Source: Rhodospirillaceae bacterium
Lineage (GTDB): Bacteria; Pseudomonadota; Alphaproteobacteria; Bin65
DNA: 64,000 nt
Reading direction: 5' to 3'
NCBI GenBank assembly: GCA_009840595.1
Contig: VXNK01000005.1
Coordinates: 18,467-82,466 of the forward strand
Part shown: one piece after another, positions 8,558 through 17,045 of the stretch
Numbering within the stretch: the stretch's first letter is position 1
Layout of the letters: each line of letters opens with the position of its first letter
Notes under the pieces: generated by a model
Told to the model about the DNA's origin: nothing
The model's input: the letters and a program-made list of their open reading frames with translations, nothing else
Database searches by the model: none
Program-made: the position numbers and the translations under genes

Positions 8558-8878
8558 GGGAGAGCACGCGGAAGAATGACGGGGAGAGAGAGCGGGGCCC
8601 GGCCCGACGTGCCGCAGCCGGGCGTTGCGGGGAGAGCGGTGCCGGGTGGTTCCGGGGAATTTTCTGCACAACGGCGCGCGCGCCGTCCGGGGCCGATTCG
8701 GAGCAGGAAAGCCGGCCAACCCTTTGTTTTCCCGGCCTGTTCGCCGAAACGGATGACGGGCGGCCGCGCAGGAGTGATGAGGACTATTATCCTTCCATGC
8801 CGTCTTTTGTGCAACACCGGATGGCATTTTTCAGCGATTACAAGGGGTTGGAGCCGAGCGGCGCAAAAAAAGGCATAA

Positions 8879-8894
8879 GAAAGACCGGTCTGTC
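8879..8894. promoter_or_regulatory. Near-perfect 16-bp palindrome (TetR-operator-like), copy A
   Basis: GAAAGACCGGTCTGTC; homolog at 45890-45905. Confidence 0.5.
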
Positions 8895-9031
8895 CAGGTC
8901 AGGAAAACGGGTCAACCTGCTGTTTTTCCAGCCCAATCTCCGGAATCTAATATTGAACAATCGCTCAAATATAAAGGGAAATAGTCCTGTTTTCCGGTTT
9001 GACGCGCGGTGCCGAACCGAACCCGCTCCTT

Positions 9032-9113
9032 CCCCGTCATTTCGACTGGAGCGCCGTCAGGCGCGTAGCAGCCTGCCCCGGACGGGTCCGGGCCTCCGGT
9101 CGAAATGACGGGG
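9032..9113. repeat. Shorter CGTC-type REP-like hairpin, copy 2
   Basis: TIR CCCCGTCATTTCGACTGGAG...CTCCGGTCGAAATGACGGGG. Confidence 0.85.
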
Positions 9114-9176
9114 TTGGAATGACGGATAAGGGATCGGCTTTGGCCGGCGCGAAAGGCCGAACCGGGACGCTGTTCC

Positions 9177-9212
9177 ATGTTCGGACCAATGTGCGAACCC
9201 ATGTTCGGGTTT
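9177..9212. repeat. Degenerate 12-bp triplication upstream of modA
   Basis: ATGTTCGGACCA/ATGTGCGAACCC/ATGTTCGGGTTT. Confidence 0.7.
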
Positions 9213-9246
9213 GGGCGTTTCGGCATTCCTGCGTATAGAAAGCGGC

Positions 9247-10032
9247 ATGAGACTCGCGACCGCCCTTGTTGCTGCCCTTCTTCTCCTTGCAACGCCGGCG
9301 CAGGCGAAGATCGGCGATAACGGCGTCATCTTCGCCGCCGCCAGTCTGAAGGCGCCGCTGGATCGCGCGGTCGCCCTGCTGGTGGCGCAGCGGCGCTGCA
9401 TCGCGCCGGGCGGCACGATCCGCGTCTCCTACGCGTCGAGCGGCATCCTCGCCCGCCAGATCCGGTTCGGGGCGCCGGCCGACCTGTTCATCAGCGCCGA
9501 TCCGCGCTGGCTCGACTATCTCGAACGCAGCGGCCGGATCGATCCGGCGGCGCGGCGCACGCTGTTCGGCAACCGGCTGGTCGCCATCGCCCACGGCGCA
9601 AAAGGACCTGCCGGGCGGCTCGAGCGCGGTTCGGCGACGGCGCGCCGCCTGGGGCGGGAGCGGCTGGCCATCGGCGATCCGGGCCATGTTCCGGCCGGGC
9701 GCTATGCCAGGGCGGCGCTTCGATCCCTCGGCCTGTGGCAGCGGGCGCGGCGCAATATCGTGCTGGCGGCGAACGTCCGCATCGTGTCGGCCTATGTCTC
9801 CCGCCGGGAAGCGGCGTTGGGCATCGTCTACGAGACCGACGCGATCGCCGAACCGCGCGTCCACATCGCCGCCCGCATCCCGGCAAGCGCCCATCCGCCG
9901 ATCCGTTACGAAGCGGCGATCGTCGAAGGCGGCGACGCGGACTGCGCCCGGAACTGGCTCGAGGCGCTGCACAGCCCGGCCTACCGCAGGATTTTCGCCG
10001 ATGCCGGCTACGGCATGCCGAAGAACCGCTAG
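9247..10032 (+). CDS. modA: Molybdate ABC substrate-binding protein
   Basis: Signal peptide, FAAASL, ASSGILARQI..GAPADLFISA, VPAGRYA, IVYETDA; start moved to ATG 9247. Confidence 0.92.
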   Translation: MRLATALVAALLLLATPAQAKIGDNGVIFAAASLKAPLDRAVALLVAQRRCIAPGGTIRVSYASSGILARQIRFGAPADLFISADPRWLDYLERSGRIDPAARRTLFGNRLVAIAHGAKGPAGRLERGSATARRLGRERLAIGDPGHVPAGRYARAALRSLGLWQRARRNIVLAANVRIVSAYVSRREAALGIVYETDAIAEPRVHIAARIPASAHPPIRYEAAIVEGGDADCARNWLEALHSPAYRRIFADAGYGMPKNR

Positions 10033-10044
10033 GGCGGCGCGCCG

Positions 10045-10752
10045 ATGTTGAGCGAAGCGGAAACCGACGCGCTGCTGCTCAGCCTGAAGGTCTCCTTCTG
10101 GAGCCTGCTGATCGCGCTGCCGGTCGCCGTCGCGCTCGGCTGGGTGCTGGCGCGCAAGGACTTCCGCGGCAAGCTGCTCGTCAACGCCTTCCTGACCCTG
10201 CCGCTGGTCTTGCCGCCGGTCGTGACCGGTTTCGTGCTGCTGATCCTGTTCGGCAGCCAGGGCTGGATCGGCGGCTGGCTCAAGGCATGGTTCGGCATCG
10301 AGATCGCCTTTCGCTGGACCGGGGCGGCGGTTGCGGCCGGCGTCATGGCCTTTCCGCTGATCGTACGGCCGATCCGCCTCTCGTTCGAAGCCGTCGACCC
10401 GCGGCTGGAGCAGGCCGCCGCGACGCTGGGCGCCGGGCGCTGGCGGCGCTTCGCCACGATCGCCCTGCCGCTCGCGATGCCGGGCGTGCTGGCCGGCGCC
10501 GTGCTCGGCTTCGCCAAGGCGCTGGGCGAGTTCGGCGCCACGATCACCCTGGTCTCCAATATACCCGGCGAGACCCAGACCCTTGCCCTGGCGGTCTACG
10601 CGCTGCTCCAGGTGCCGGGCGAGGAGAGCGCCGTATTCCGCCTGACCCTGATCGCCATCGCGATCTCGGTCCTCGCCGTCGTGGCGTCGGAAATCCTGGC
10701 CCGGCGGGCGCGCCGCGGGCTGTCTGCCACGGAGCGGGCCGGCGATGCTTGA
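10045..10752 (+). CDS. modB: Molybdate ABC permease
   Basis: LPLVLPPVVTG, FAKALGEFGATI. Confidence 0.95.
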   Translation: MLSEAETDALLLSLKVSFWSLLIALPVAVALGWVLARKDFRGKLLVNAFLTLPLVLPPVVTGFVLLILFGSQGWIGGWLKAWFGIEIAFRWTGAAVAAGVMAFPLIVRPIRLSFEAVDPRLEQAAATLGAGRWRRFATIALPLAMPGVLAGAVLGFAKALGEFGATITLVSNIPGETQTLALAVYALLQVPGEESAVFRLTLIAIAISVLAVVASEILARRARRGLSATERAGDA

Positions 10753-11854
10753 CGTCGACGTCAGGAAGCGGCTCGGCCGGACGGCGCTGGATATCCGTTT
10801 CGAAAGCGCCGGCGGGGTCACGGCCCTGTTCGGCCGGTCGGGCGCCGGCAAGACCAGCACCGTCCAGATGATCGCCGGGCTTCTGAGCCCGGATGCCGGG
10901 CGGATCGCGGTCGGCGGGCGCGTCCTGTTCGACAGCGATACGGGTATCGACATTGCCGCGCCGCAGCGCCGCGTCGGCGTCGTGTTCCAGGAAGGCCGCC
11001 TGTTCCCGCATCTGACGGTGCGCCGCAACCTGCTCTACGCCAAGGCCGCCGGAAGCAACGGCCGCTATGGCGGGGTGGTCGGCATGCTGGGCCTCGAAGC
11101 GCTTCTGGAACGGAAGCCGGCAAGCCTTTCGGGCGGCGAGCAGCAGCGCGTGGCGATCGGCCGGGCCCTGTTGTCCGAGCCCGACATCCTGCTGATGGAC
11201 GAGCCGCTGGCGTCCCTCGATGCCGCCCGGAAGGCGGAAATCCTGCCCTATATCGAGCGGCTGCGCGACGAGGCCGGCCTGCCGGTCGTCTACGTCAGCC
11301 ACCAGATCGACGAAGTGGCGCGCCTTGCCGACCGGGTCGTGCTGCTGTCGGATGGAACGGTCGCGGCCACGGGCTCAGTCGACGAGGTCTTCACCCGCCC
11401 GGACCTGATGCCCCTGACCGGCCGGTTCCAGGCCGGCGCCGTGCTGGGCGCCCGCGTCGCCGAACAGGACGCGGCCGGCGCCATGAGCCGGCTCGCCATT
11501 CCGGGCGGCAGCCTGTGGGTGCCCTCCGTGCCCCTGCCGGTGGGCAGTACGATCCGGGTGCGGATCCGCGCGCGCGACGTCTCCGTCGCCCTCGAGAAAC
11601 CGGAGCGCGTCAGCATCCGCAATATTCTGCCGGGCGCGGTCCGCTCGGTAACCGAATCCGACGGGCCGTTCCGGACCGTCGCAATTGCCGTTGCCGACGA
11701 GACCGGGGAAAGCCTTGTCGCCGCCACCGTCACGGCCAACGCGGTACGGGACCTGGCCCTGGAACCGGGCGTCGCGGTGTTCGCCCTGATCAAGTCCGTG
11801 GCGATGGACCGGCGCAGCATGGCGCTGCCGCCGCGCGACGAGATCGTGACCTGA
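10745..11854 (+). CDS. modC: Molybdate ABC ATPase with C-terminal TOBE/Mop domain
   Basis: GRSGAGKT, VFQEGRLFPHLTVRRNL, LSGGEQQRVAIGRALL, ALIKSVA. Confidence 0.95.
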   Translation: MLDVDVRKRLGRTALDIRFESAGGVTALFGRSGAGKTSTVQMIAGLLSPDAGRIAVGGRVLFDSDTGIDIAAPQRRVGVVFQEGRLFPHLTVRRNLLYAKAAGSNGRYGGVVGMLGLEALLERKPASLSGGEQQRVAIGRALLSEPDILLMDEPLASLDAARKAEILPYIERLRDEAGLPVVYVSHQIDEVARLADRVVLLSDGTVAATGSVDEVFTRPDLMPLTGRFQAGAVLGARVAEQDAAGAMSRLAIPGGSLWVPSVPLPVGSTIRVRIRARDVSVALEKPERVSIRNILPGAVRSVTESDGPFRTVAIAVADETGESLVAATVTANAVRDLALEPGVAVFALIKSVAMDRRSMALPPRDEIVT

Positions 11855-11942
11855 CCCGGACCGCGCCCGGCGCGACGACCCGGCATTTGCCGCAGGGCGG
11901 CGGCATGCCCACATGAGAGTCCGTCCGGCAGGAGGCATCGCC

Positions 11943-12227
11943 ATGCAGTCCGACAGCAAACCGATCGACGATTTCGCCCGGGTCACGACGGGCCTGCTGG
12001 GAGTCGCCGCCGGCGTCCGGGCGGAAGCGGAGGCGATGGTCAAGGCCAGGCTGCAGGCGCTGCTGGCCGACATGGACCTGGTGACCCGCGAGGAGTTCGA
12101 CGTCGCCCGCGACATGGCGGCGAAGGCACGCGACGAGCAGGAGGCCCTCGAAGCCCGGTTGGCCGAACTGCAGCAGCGCCTGGAAAAGCTCGAAAAACCG
12201 GCGCGAGGCCGCCGCAAGGGCACCTGA
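11943..12227 (+). CDS. ubiK: UbiK/BMFP accessory factor
   Basis: DDFARV...MDLVTREEFD followed by coiled coil; ATG 11943 after AGGAGG. Confidence 0.88.
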   Translation: MQSDSKPIDDFARVTTGLLGVAAGVRAEAEAMVKARLQALLADMDLVTREEFDVARDMAAKARDEQEALEARLAELQQRLEKLEKPARGRRKGT

Positions 12228-12325
12228 GCGGCCGCACATTCCGGTGCGCCGGACGGGCGGTCTTTCCCGGTACTCTACCGCGTGCAGAGACGATAAGGCG
12301 GTGCGGCAGCAGACGGCGAACCGCG

Positions 12326-12372
12326 AATCAATATCTTGTGTAAAACCTGATTTGCACAAATAAATATTGTTG
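12326..12372. promoter_or_regulatory. Tandem NrdR-box-like motifs
   Basis: AATCAATATCTTGTGT (12326) and CAAATAAATATTGTTG (12357), 31 bp apart; resemble acaCwAtATaTwGtgt. Confidence 0.5.
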
Positions 12373-12544
12373 CGAGAAATTTCATACGGTGGCAGGCTCC
12401 ACATCTGGTGGTATGCGGCCGTTCCAATACCACAAAATAAGGGTCAAGGATCGGCCGCGTGCGTTATCGCCGGCCGCGGCGGGCAGCGCCCGCATTCACG
12501 CTCCGGCTCTCTCGCTTCCGGGAGCCGCTACAGGAGAGCGACTC

Positions 12545-13045
12545 ATGTCTGGCATCGCACTCGATACCTGGACAACGCCCAACCCCCTGGACACGCTGGA
12601 AGAAATCGTCGCTGCGAACGAATGGTCGTTCGAACGCAGCGGCGACGATGAAATGGCCGTCGAGTATCCGGGCCATTGGTGCGGCTACCACATGCATTTC
12701 GTGTGGAGCGAAGATCTGAACGCCATTCATCTTTCCTGTTTCATGGACATGCGCATTCCAAAGAAGAAACTGATCGATATTTCGCAGTTGTTGTTGAAGA
12801 TAAACAACAAGCTCTGGCTGGGCACTTTCGTCGTCCCGGAAGAGGATTCGAACCCGGTCTTCCGGCACACGGTGCTGCTGCGCGGCCACCAGGGCGCCAG
12901 CGTCGAACAGCTCGAAGACCTTGTTGACATCGCCCTGTCCGAGTGCGAGCGATTCTATCCCGCCTTCCAGTTCGTGACCTGGGGCGGCAAGACGGCCAAC
13001 GAGGCGGTGACCGCTTCCCTGCTGGACACCGTTGGAGAAGCATAA
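12545..13045 (+). CDS. YbjN domain-containing protein
   Basis: NPLDTLEEIV..NEWSFERSGDDE, ECERFYPAFQFVTWGGK; alphaproteobacterial YbjN-type protein upstream of proC. Confidence 0.85.
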   Translation: MSGIALDTWTTPNPLDTLEEIVAANEWSFERSGDDEMAVEYPGHWCGYHMHFVWSEDLNAIHLSCFMDMRIPKKKLIDISQLLLKINNKLWLGTFVVPEEDSNPVFRHTVLLRGHQGASVEQLEDLVDIALSECERFYPAFQFVTWGGKTANEAVTASLLDTVGEA

Positions 13046-13056
13046 GGGGCGAAATC

Positions 13057-13881
13057 ATGGACCTTGCCGCAGCGCGCCTGTTGCTGGTCGGCTGCGGGAA
13101 GATGGGCGGCGCCCTGGCGCGCGGCTGGTTCGCGGCCGGCGCCCGCGCCGATAATATCGTCGCCGTGGAGCCGGCGCCCGAAGCCGCAGCCGCTTTCGCC
13201 GGTGGCCCGACCCCTGCCTTAGTCCGCAGCGTGGAGGAAGCACCTTCGGGTTTCCGTCCCGACGTTATCCTGTTTGCGGTCAAGCCGCAGGTGATGGATG
13301 CCGTGGTCCCGGACTATCGGCCTTACGCCGGTTCGGGCGCGGTGTTTCTTTCCATCGCGGCAGGGACGCCGATCCGCTTCTTCGAATCGATTCTGGGGCG
13401 CGACGCGCCGGTCGTCCGGTCCATGCCGAACACGCCGGCGGCCGTCGGGCGGGGCGTGACCGCTGCGATCTGCAACGCCCATGTGCCGCCGGACGGCCGC
13501 GCTCTGTGCGAAGCCCTGCTGGGCGCCGTGGGCGAGGTGGTCTGGGTAACCGACGAAGCGGAGATCGACGCCGTCACCGCCGTGTCCGGCAGCGGGCCGG
13601 CCTATGTGTTCCATCTGGTCGAGGCCATGACCGACGCCGGGATCGCCGAGGGTCTCTCGCCGGAAGCGGCCGGCGCGCTGGCGCGCGCAACCGTCGCCGG
13701 CGCCGGCGAACTGCTGCACCGCGCGCCCGAGGACGCGGCCACCCTGCGCCGCAACGTCACCAGCCCCGGCGGCACGACCGAGGCGGCGCTGAAAGTCCTG
13801 ATGGCCGGGGACGGGCTGGGCGCCCTGATGCAGAAGGCCATCGCCGCGGCGGCCCGCCGTTCGCGGGAACTGGGCGGATGA
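13057..13881 (+). CDS. proC: Pyrroline-5-carboxylate reductase
   Basis: GCGKMG, AVKPQ, RSMPNTP, SGSGPAY, VTSPGGTT. Confidence 0.97.
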   Translation: MDLAAARLLLVGCGKMGGALARGWFAAGARADNIVAVEPAPEAAAAFAGGPTPALVRSVEEAPSGFRPDVILFAVKPQVMDAVVPDYRPYAGSGAVFLSIAAGTPIRFFESILGRDAPVVRSMPNTPAAVGRGVTAAICNAHVPPDGRALCEALLGAVGEVVWVTDEAEIDAVTAVSGSGPAYVFHLVEAMTDAGIAEGLSPEAAGALARATVAGAGELLHRAPEDAATLRRNVTSPGGTTEAALKVLMAGDGLGALMQKAIAAAARRSRELGG

Positions 13882-14402
13882 GCGCTTTCGAGGACGGGCC
13901 GGAGACCGGCCCGCCGCTTCCGCCTGCAGCGCAAAAGGTCCAGGACGCCCTCGCCGCCGCCGGCCTGGCGCGCCGGATCCGCATCATGCCGGAGACGACG
14001 CGGTCGAGCGCCGAGGCGGCCACGGCCATCGGCTGCAACGTCGACCGGATCGCCAAGTCGATCGTGTTCCGGGCCAAGCGGCGCGACCGGCCGGTGCTGG
14101 CAATCGCGAGCGGCGCCAACCGGATCGACGAAAAGACGGTGAAGGCGGTTGTCGGCGAAAGGATCGGCAGGGCGGATGCGGACTATGTCCGGAGCAGGAC
14201 GGGCTTTGCGATCGGCGGCGTACCGCCGTTGGGCCATAGCGAGCCGGCCCTTGTCGTGATCGACCGCGATCTGCTGGCGCTCCCGGAAATCTGGGCCGCC
14301 GGCGGGACGCCCTTCGCGGTCTTTCCGCTCACTCCCGAAGAACTGGTCTCCGTCACCGGCGGCACGGTGGCCGACATTGCCCGAGGAGCCGGGCAGGGAT
14401 GA
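13878..14402 (+). CDS. YbaK/EbsC family aminoacyl-tRNA deacylase
   Basis: IAKSIVF, SGANRID, TGFAIGGVPPLGH, WAAGG. Confidence 0.9.
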   Translation: MSAFEDGPETGPPLPPAAQKVQDALAAAGLARRIRIMPETTRSSAEAATAIGCNVDRIAKSIVFRAKRRDRPVLAIASGANRIDEKTVKAVVGERIGRADADYVRSRTGFAIGGVPPLGHSEPALVVIDRDLLALPEIWAAGGTPFAVFPLTPEELVSVTGGTVADIARGAGQG

Positions 14403-14406
14403 ACGA

Positions 14407-15864
14407 ATGACTGGAGACGCAGGCGCGTCCGGAGCCGCCGGACCCGGCCACAATGCGCCGGCGGTCACCGTCTCGGAACTGTCCGCCTCGCTCAAACGGG
14501 TGGTCGAGGGCGAATTCAGCCGGGTCCGGGTGCGGGGCGAGATTTCCGGCTTCAAGCGGGCCGGGTCCGGCCATCTCTACATGGCGCTCAAGGACGACAG
14601 CGCCGTGCTGGACGCCGTGTGCTGGCGCGGCACGGCCGGGCGCCTTGCCGTCGACCCCGAGGACGGGCTCGAGGTCATCGCGACCGGCAGGCTGACGACC
14701 TACGCCGGCCGCTCGAAATACCAGATCGTGATCGAGGCGCTGGAAGTCGCCGGCGAAGGCGCGTTGCTGAAGCTGCTCGAAGAACGCCGGCGCAAGTTGG
14801 CGGCCGAGGGGCTGTTCGAAGAAAGTCTGAAGAAGCCGCTTCCGTTCCTGCCGAACGTCATCGGCGTCGTCACCTCGCCGGCCGGCGCCGTGATCCGGGA
14901 CATCCTGCACCGCCTGGAGGACCGGTTCCCGCGCCATGTCCTGCTCTGGCCGGTGCGGGTGCAGGGCGATTCGGCGGCCGGGGAAGTTGCCGGCGCCATC
15001 GTGGGTTTCAATGCGATCCGCGGCGATTCCGGGATTCCGCGGCCCGATCTTCTGATCGTGGCGCGGGGCGGCGGATCGATCGAGGATCTGTGGCCGTTCA
15101 ACGAGGAGGAGGTCGTCAGGGCCGCCGCAGCTTCGGACATTCCGCTGATCAGCGCGGTCGGCCACGAAACCGATACGACGCTGATCGACCATGCCGCCGA
15201 CCGCCGCGCACCGACACCGACCGCCGCGGCGGAAATCGCCGTGCCGGTGCGCAGCGAACTGGTCGCCCAGATCCTCGACGACGGCCGGCGCCTGGTGTCG
15301 GCGATGGGCCGCCTGCGGGAGGAATACCGCCTGCGCCTGGAAGCCGCCGGCAGCGGTTTGCCCGACCCCCGGTCGCTCATCGGGATCAAGACCCAGCAAC
15401 TGGACGACCGGGCCGAGCGCCTCGACCTCGGCCTGCGCAGCCTGGTCCGGGAAAAACGGTCCGCCGCCGACCGGTGCGGCGCCGGAATCCGGCCGGCGGC
15501 CCTCGTCCAGCTTGTCAATCGCCGGCGCGACCGGGCGGCCGAACTCGGCGCGCGTCTCCAGCCGCAGATGGCCCGGCGCCTGGCCGAACTGGGCGAACGG
15601 CTGGAGCAGCGCGGGAAACTGCTGGAGTCCTTCTCCTATAACCGGGTGCTGGATCGCGGCTTTGCGCTCGTGCAGGACCGGCACGGACAACCGGTCACCG
15701 ATACGGCGCAGGCGACGGCGGCCGGCCGGGTGACGCTCCGCTTCAAGGACGGCAGCCTGCCGGCGAGGATCGAAGCCGGGGACGGCGGCGCGGCGGGCTA
15801 TGCGAAGAAGCCCCGGCCTCGTTCGAAGCCAACGCCGGACAAGGATCAGGGATCGCTGTTGTAG
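14407..15864 (+). CDS. xseA: Exodeoxyribonuclease VII large subunit
   Basis: VRVRGEISGF..SGHLY, GVVTSPAGAVIRD, ARGGGSIEDLW, SAVGHETD, TPTAAAE. Confidence 0.97.
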   Translation: MTGDAGASGAAGPGHNAPAVTVSELSASLKRVVEGEFSRVRVRGEISGFKRAGSGHLYMALKDDSAVLDAVCWRGTAGRLAVDPEDGLEVIATGRLTTYAGRSKYQIVIEALEVAGEGALLKLLEERRRKLAAEGLFEESLKKPLPFLPNVIGVVTSPAGAVIRDILHRLEDRFPRHVLLWPVRVQGDSAAGEVAGAIVGFNAIRGDSGIPRPDLLIVARGGGSIEDLWPFNEEEVVRAAAASDIPLISAVGHETDTTLIDHAADRRAPTPTAAAEIAVPVRSELVAQILDDGRRLVSAMGRLREEYRLRLEAAGSGLPDPRSLIGIKTQQLDDRAERLDLGLRSLVREKRSAADRCGAGIRPAALVQLVNRRRDRAAELGARLQPQMARRLAELGERLEQRGKLLESFSYNRVLDRGFALVQDRHGQPVTDTAQATAAGRVTLRFKDGSLPARIEAGDGGAAGYAKKPRPRSKPTPDKDQGSLL

Positions 15865-16159
15865 GGGAGGCATCCGCCGGGCCGGGGTCAGTCCGGATGT
15901 CTCACCGGGGTCCCGGCTTGCGGCGCTTCCGGACATCCGATACGCCATGTGGCGGCGCCCCGATACCGCACGCCGCGCAGGCGGCCGTTTCCTGTCGTCC
16001 ATTGCAGCAATCGGGCCGAATTTCGGGATGTTGAAGCGTTTTCCGCCCAAAAGTGATACCGAAACGGTAAAATCACGCCTGTGGCCTCAACGTGACCCTG
16101 TGTGATAGGCCGCGTTGACGGGCCTGCATGCCCTCGGGAATGGCATTGGAGAAGAAAGC

Positions 16160-17011
16160 TTGGCGTCGCTGCTGCCGATCGTCGTTCTGGCAATCGTTCA
16201 GGGGATCACCGAATTCCTGCCGATCAGCTCCTCCGGGCACCTGGTGCTGACCTGGGAGGTTTTCGAGCAGGCCGGCGTGGCGTCGCGCGCCGGCACCGCC
16301 AACGAGAGGCTGACCATGGACGTGGCGGTCCACCTCGGCTCCCTCGGGGCGGTCATTCTCTATTTCTGGCGCGATGTGACACGCGTGCTGGCGGGCGGTC
16401 TCCGGCTGTTCACCGGACGCGTGACGAATGACGGGCGGCTCTTCCTGTATCTGGTCGTTGCGACCGTTCCGCTGGTCGTCGCGGGCCTGCTGGTCAACAC
16501 CCTGTTCGGCAGCGGCTGGCGCAGCGTGGAAGTCGTCGCCTGGGCGAGCCTCGGCTTCGGCCTGCTGCTGTGGTTCGCCGACCGGACGGGCCTGACCATC
16601 AGCAAGATGGAGCATACGACCTTCGGGCAGGCGCTTGTCATCGGGCTTGCCCAGGTGCTGGCGCTGATCCCGGGAACCAGCCGCTCCGGAATTGCCATGA
16701 CCGCAGCCCGGGCGCTCGGTTTCGAGCGGTCCGACGCCGCCACGATTTCGATGCTCCTGGCGATTCCAGCGATCCTCGGCGCCTCGGCGCTCTTCGGCTA
16801 CGATATCTACAGGTCGGGCAATCTCGCGCTGCAGTCCGACGCCCTGCTCGCTGCCCTGTTGGCGCTGGCCGCCGCGCTGCTCGCGATTGCCGGCATGATG
16901 GCCTGGCTGCGGCGCGCGACCTTCACGCCTTTCGCGGTCTATCGCATCCTGCTGGGCGGACTCCTGCTGTACCTGATTTACGTCGAAGGCCTGGCCCTCA
17001 AACTTCAGTAG
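16160..17011 (+). CDS. uppP: Undecaprenyl-diphosphate phosphatase
   Basis: QGITEFLPISSSGHL, PGTSRSG; TTG start after GGAGA. Confidence 0.95.
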   Translation: MASLLPIVVLAIVQGITEFLPISSSGHLVLTWEVFEQAGVASRAGTANERLTMDVAVHLGSLGAVILYFWRDVTRVLAGGLRLFTGRVTNDGRLFLYLVVATVPLVVAGLLVNTLFGSGWRSVEVVAWASLGFGLLLWFADRTGLTISKMEHTTFGQALVIGLAQVLALIPGTSRSGIAMTAARALGFERSDAATISMLLAIPAILGASALFGYDIYRSGNLALQSDALLAALLALAAALLAIAGMMAWLRRATFTPFAVYRILLGGLLLYLIYVEGLALKLQ

Positions 17012-17045
17012 GGAAACGGCAAAAGCGAAGCGGCAACCGGCAGCG

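Noticed and set aside
8098-9108. 336-aa ORF and other overlapping ORFs in island A as real proteins
   Set aside because: Run through repeats and hairpins, low-complexity, no family motifs, no GC3 bias
9194-9207. CGAAC-CCAT-GTTCG, a perfect Gram-positive LexA (Cheo) box
   Set aside because: The host is alphaproteobacterial; the motif is explained by the local 12-bp repeats
8940-9246. ModE box or Moco riboswitch upstream of modA
   Set aside because: Only a partial ATCGCT..ATATA resemblance; no second half-site and no recognisable Moco stems
14407-15864. xseA without adjacent xseB as unusual
   Set aside because: The two subunits are commonly unlinked in proteobacteria
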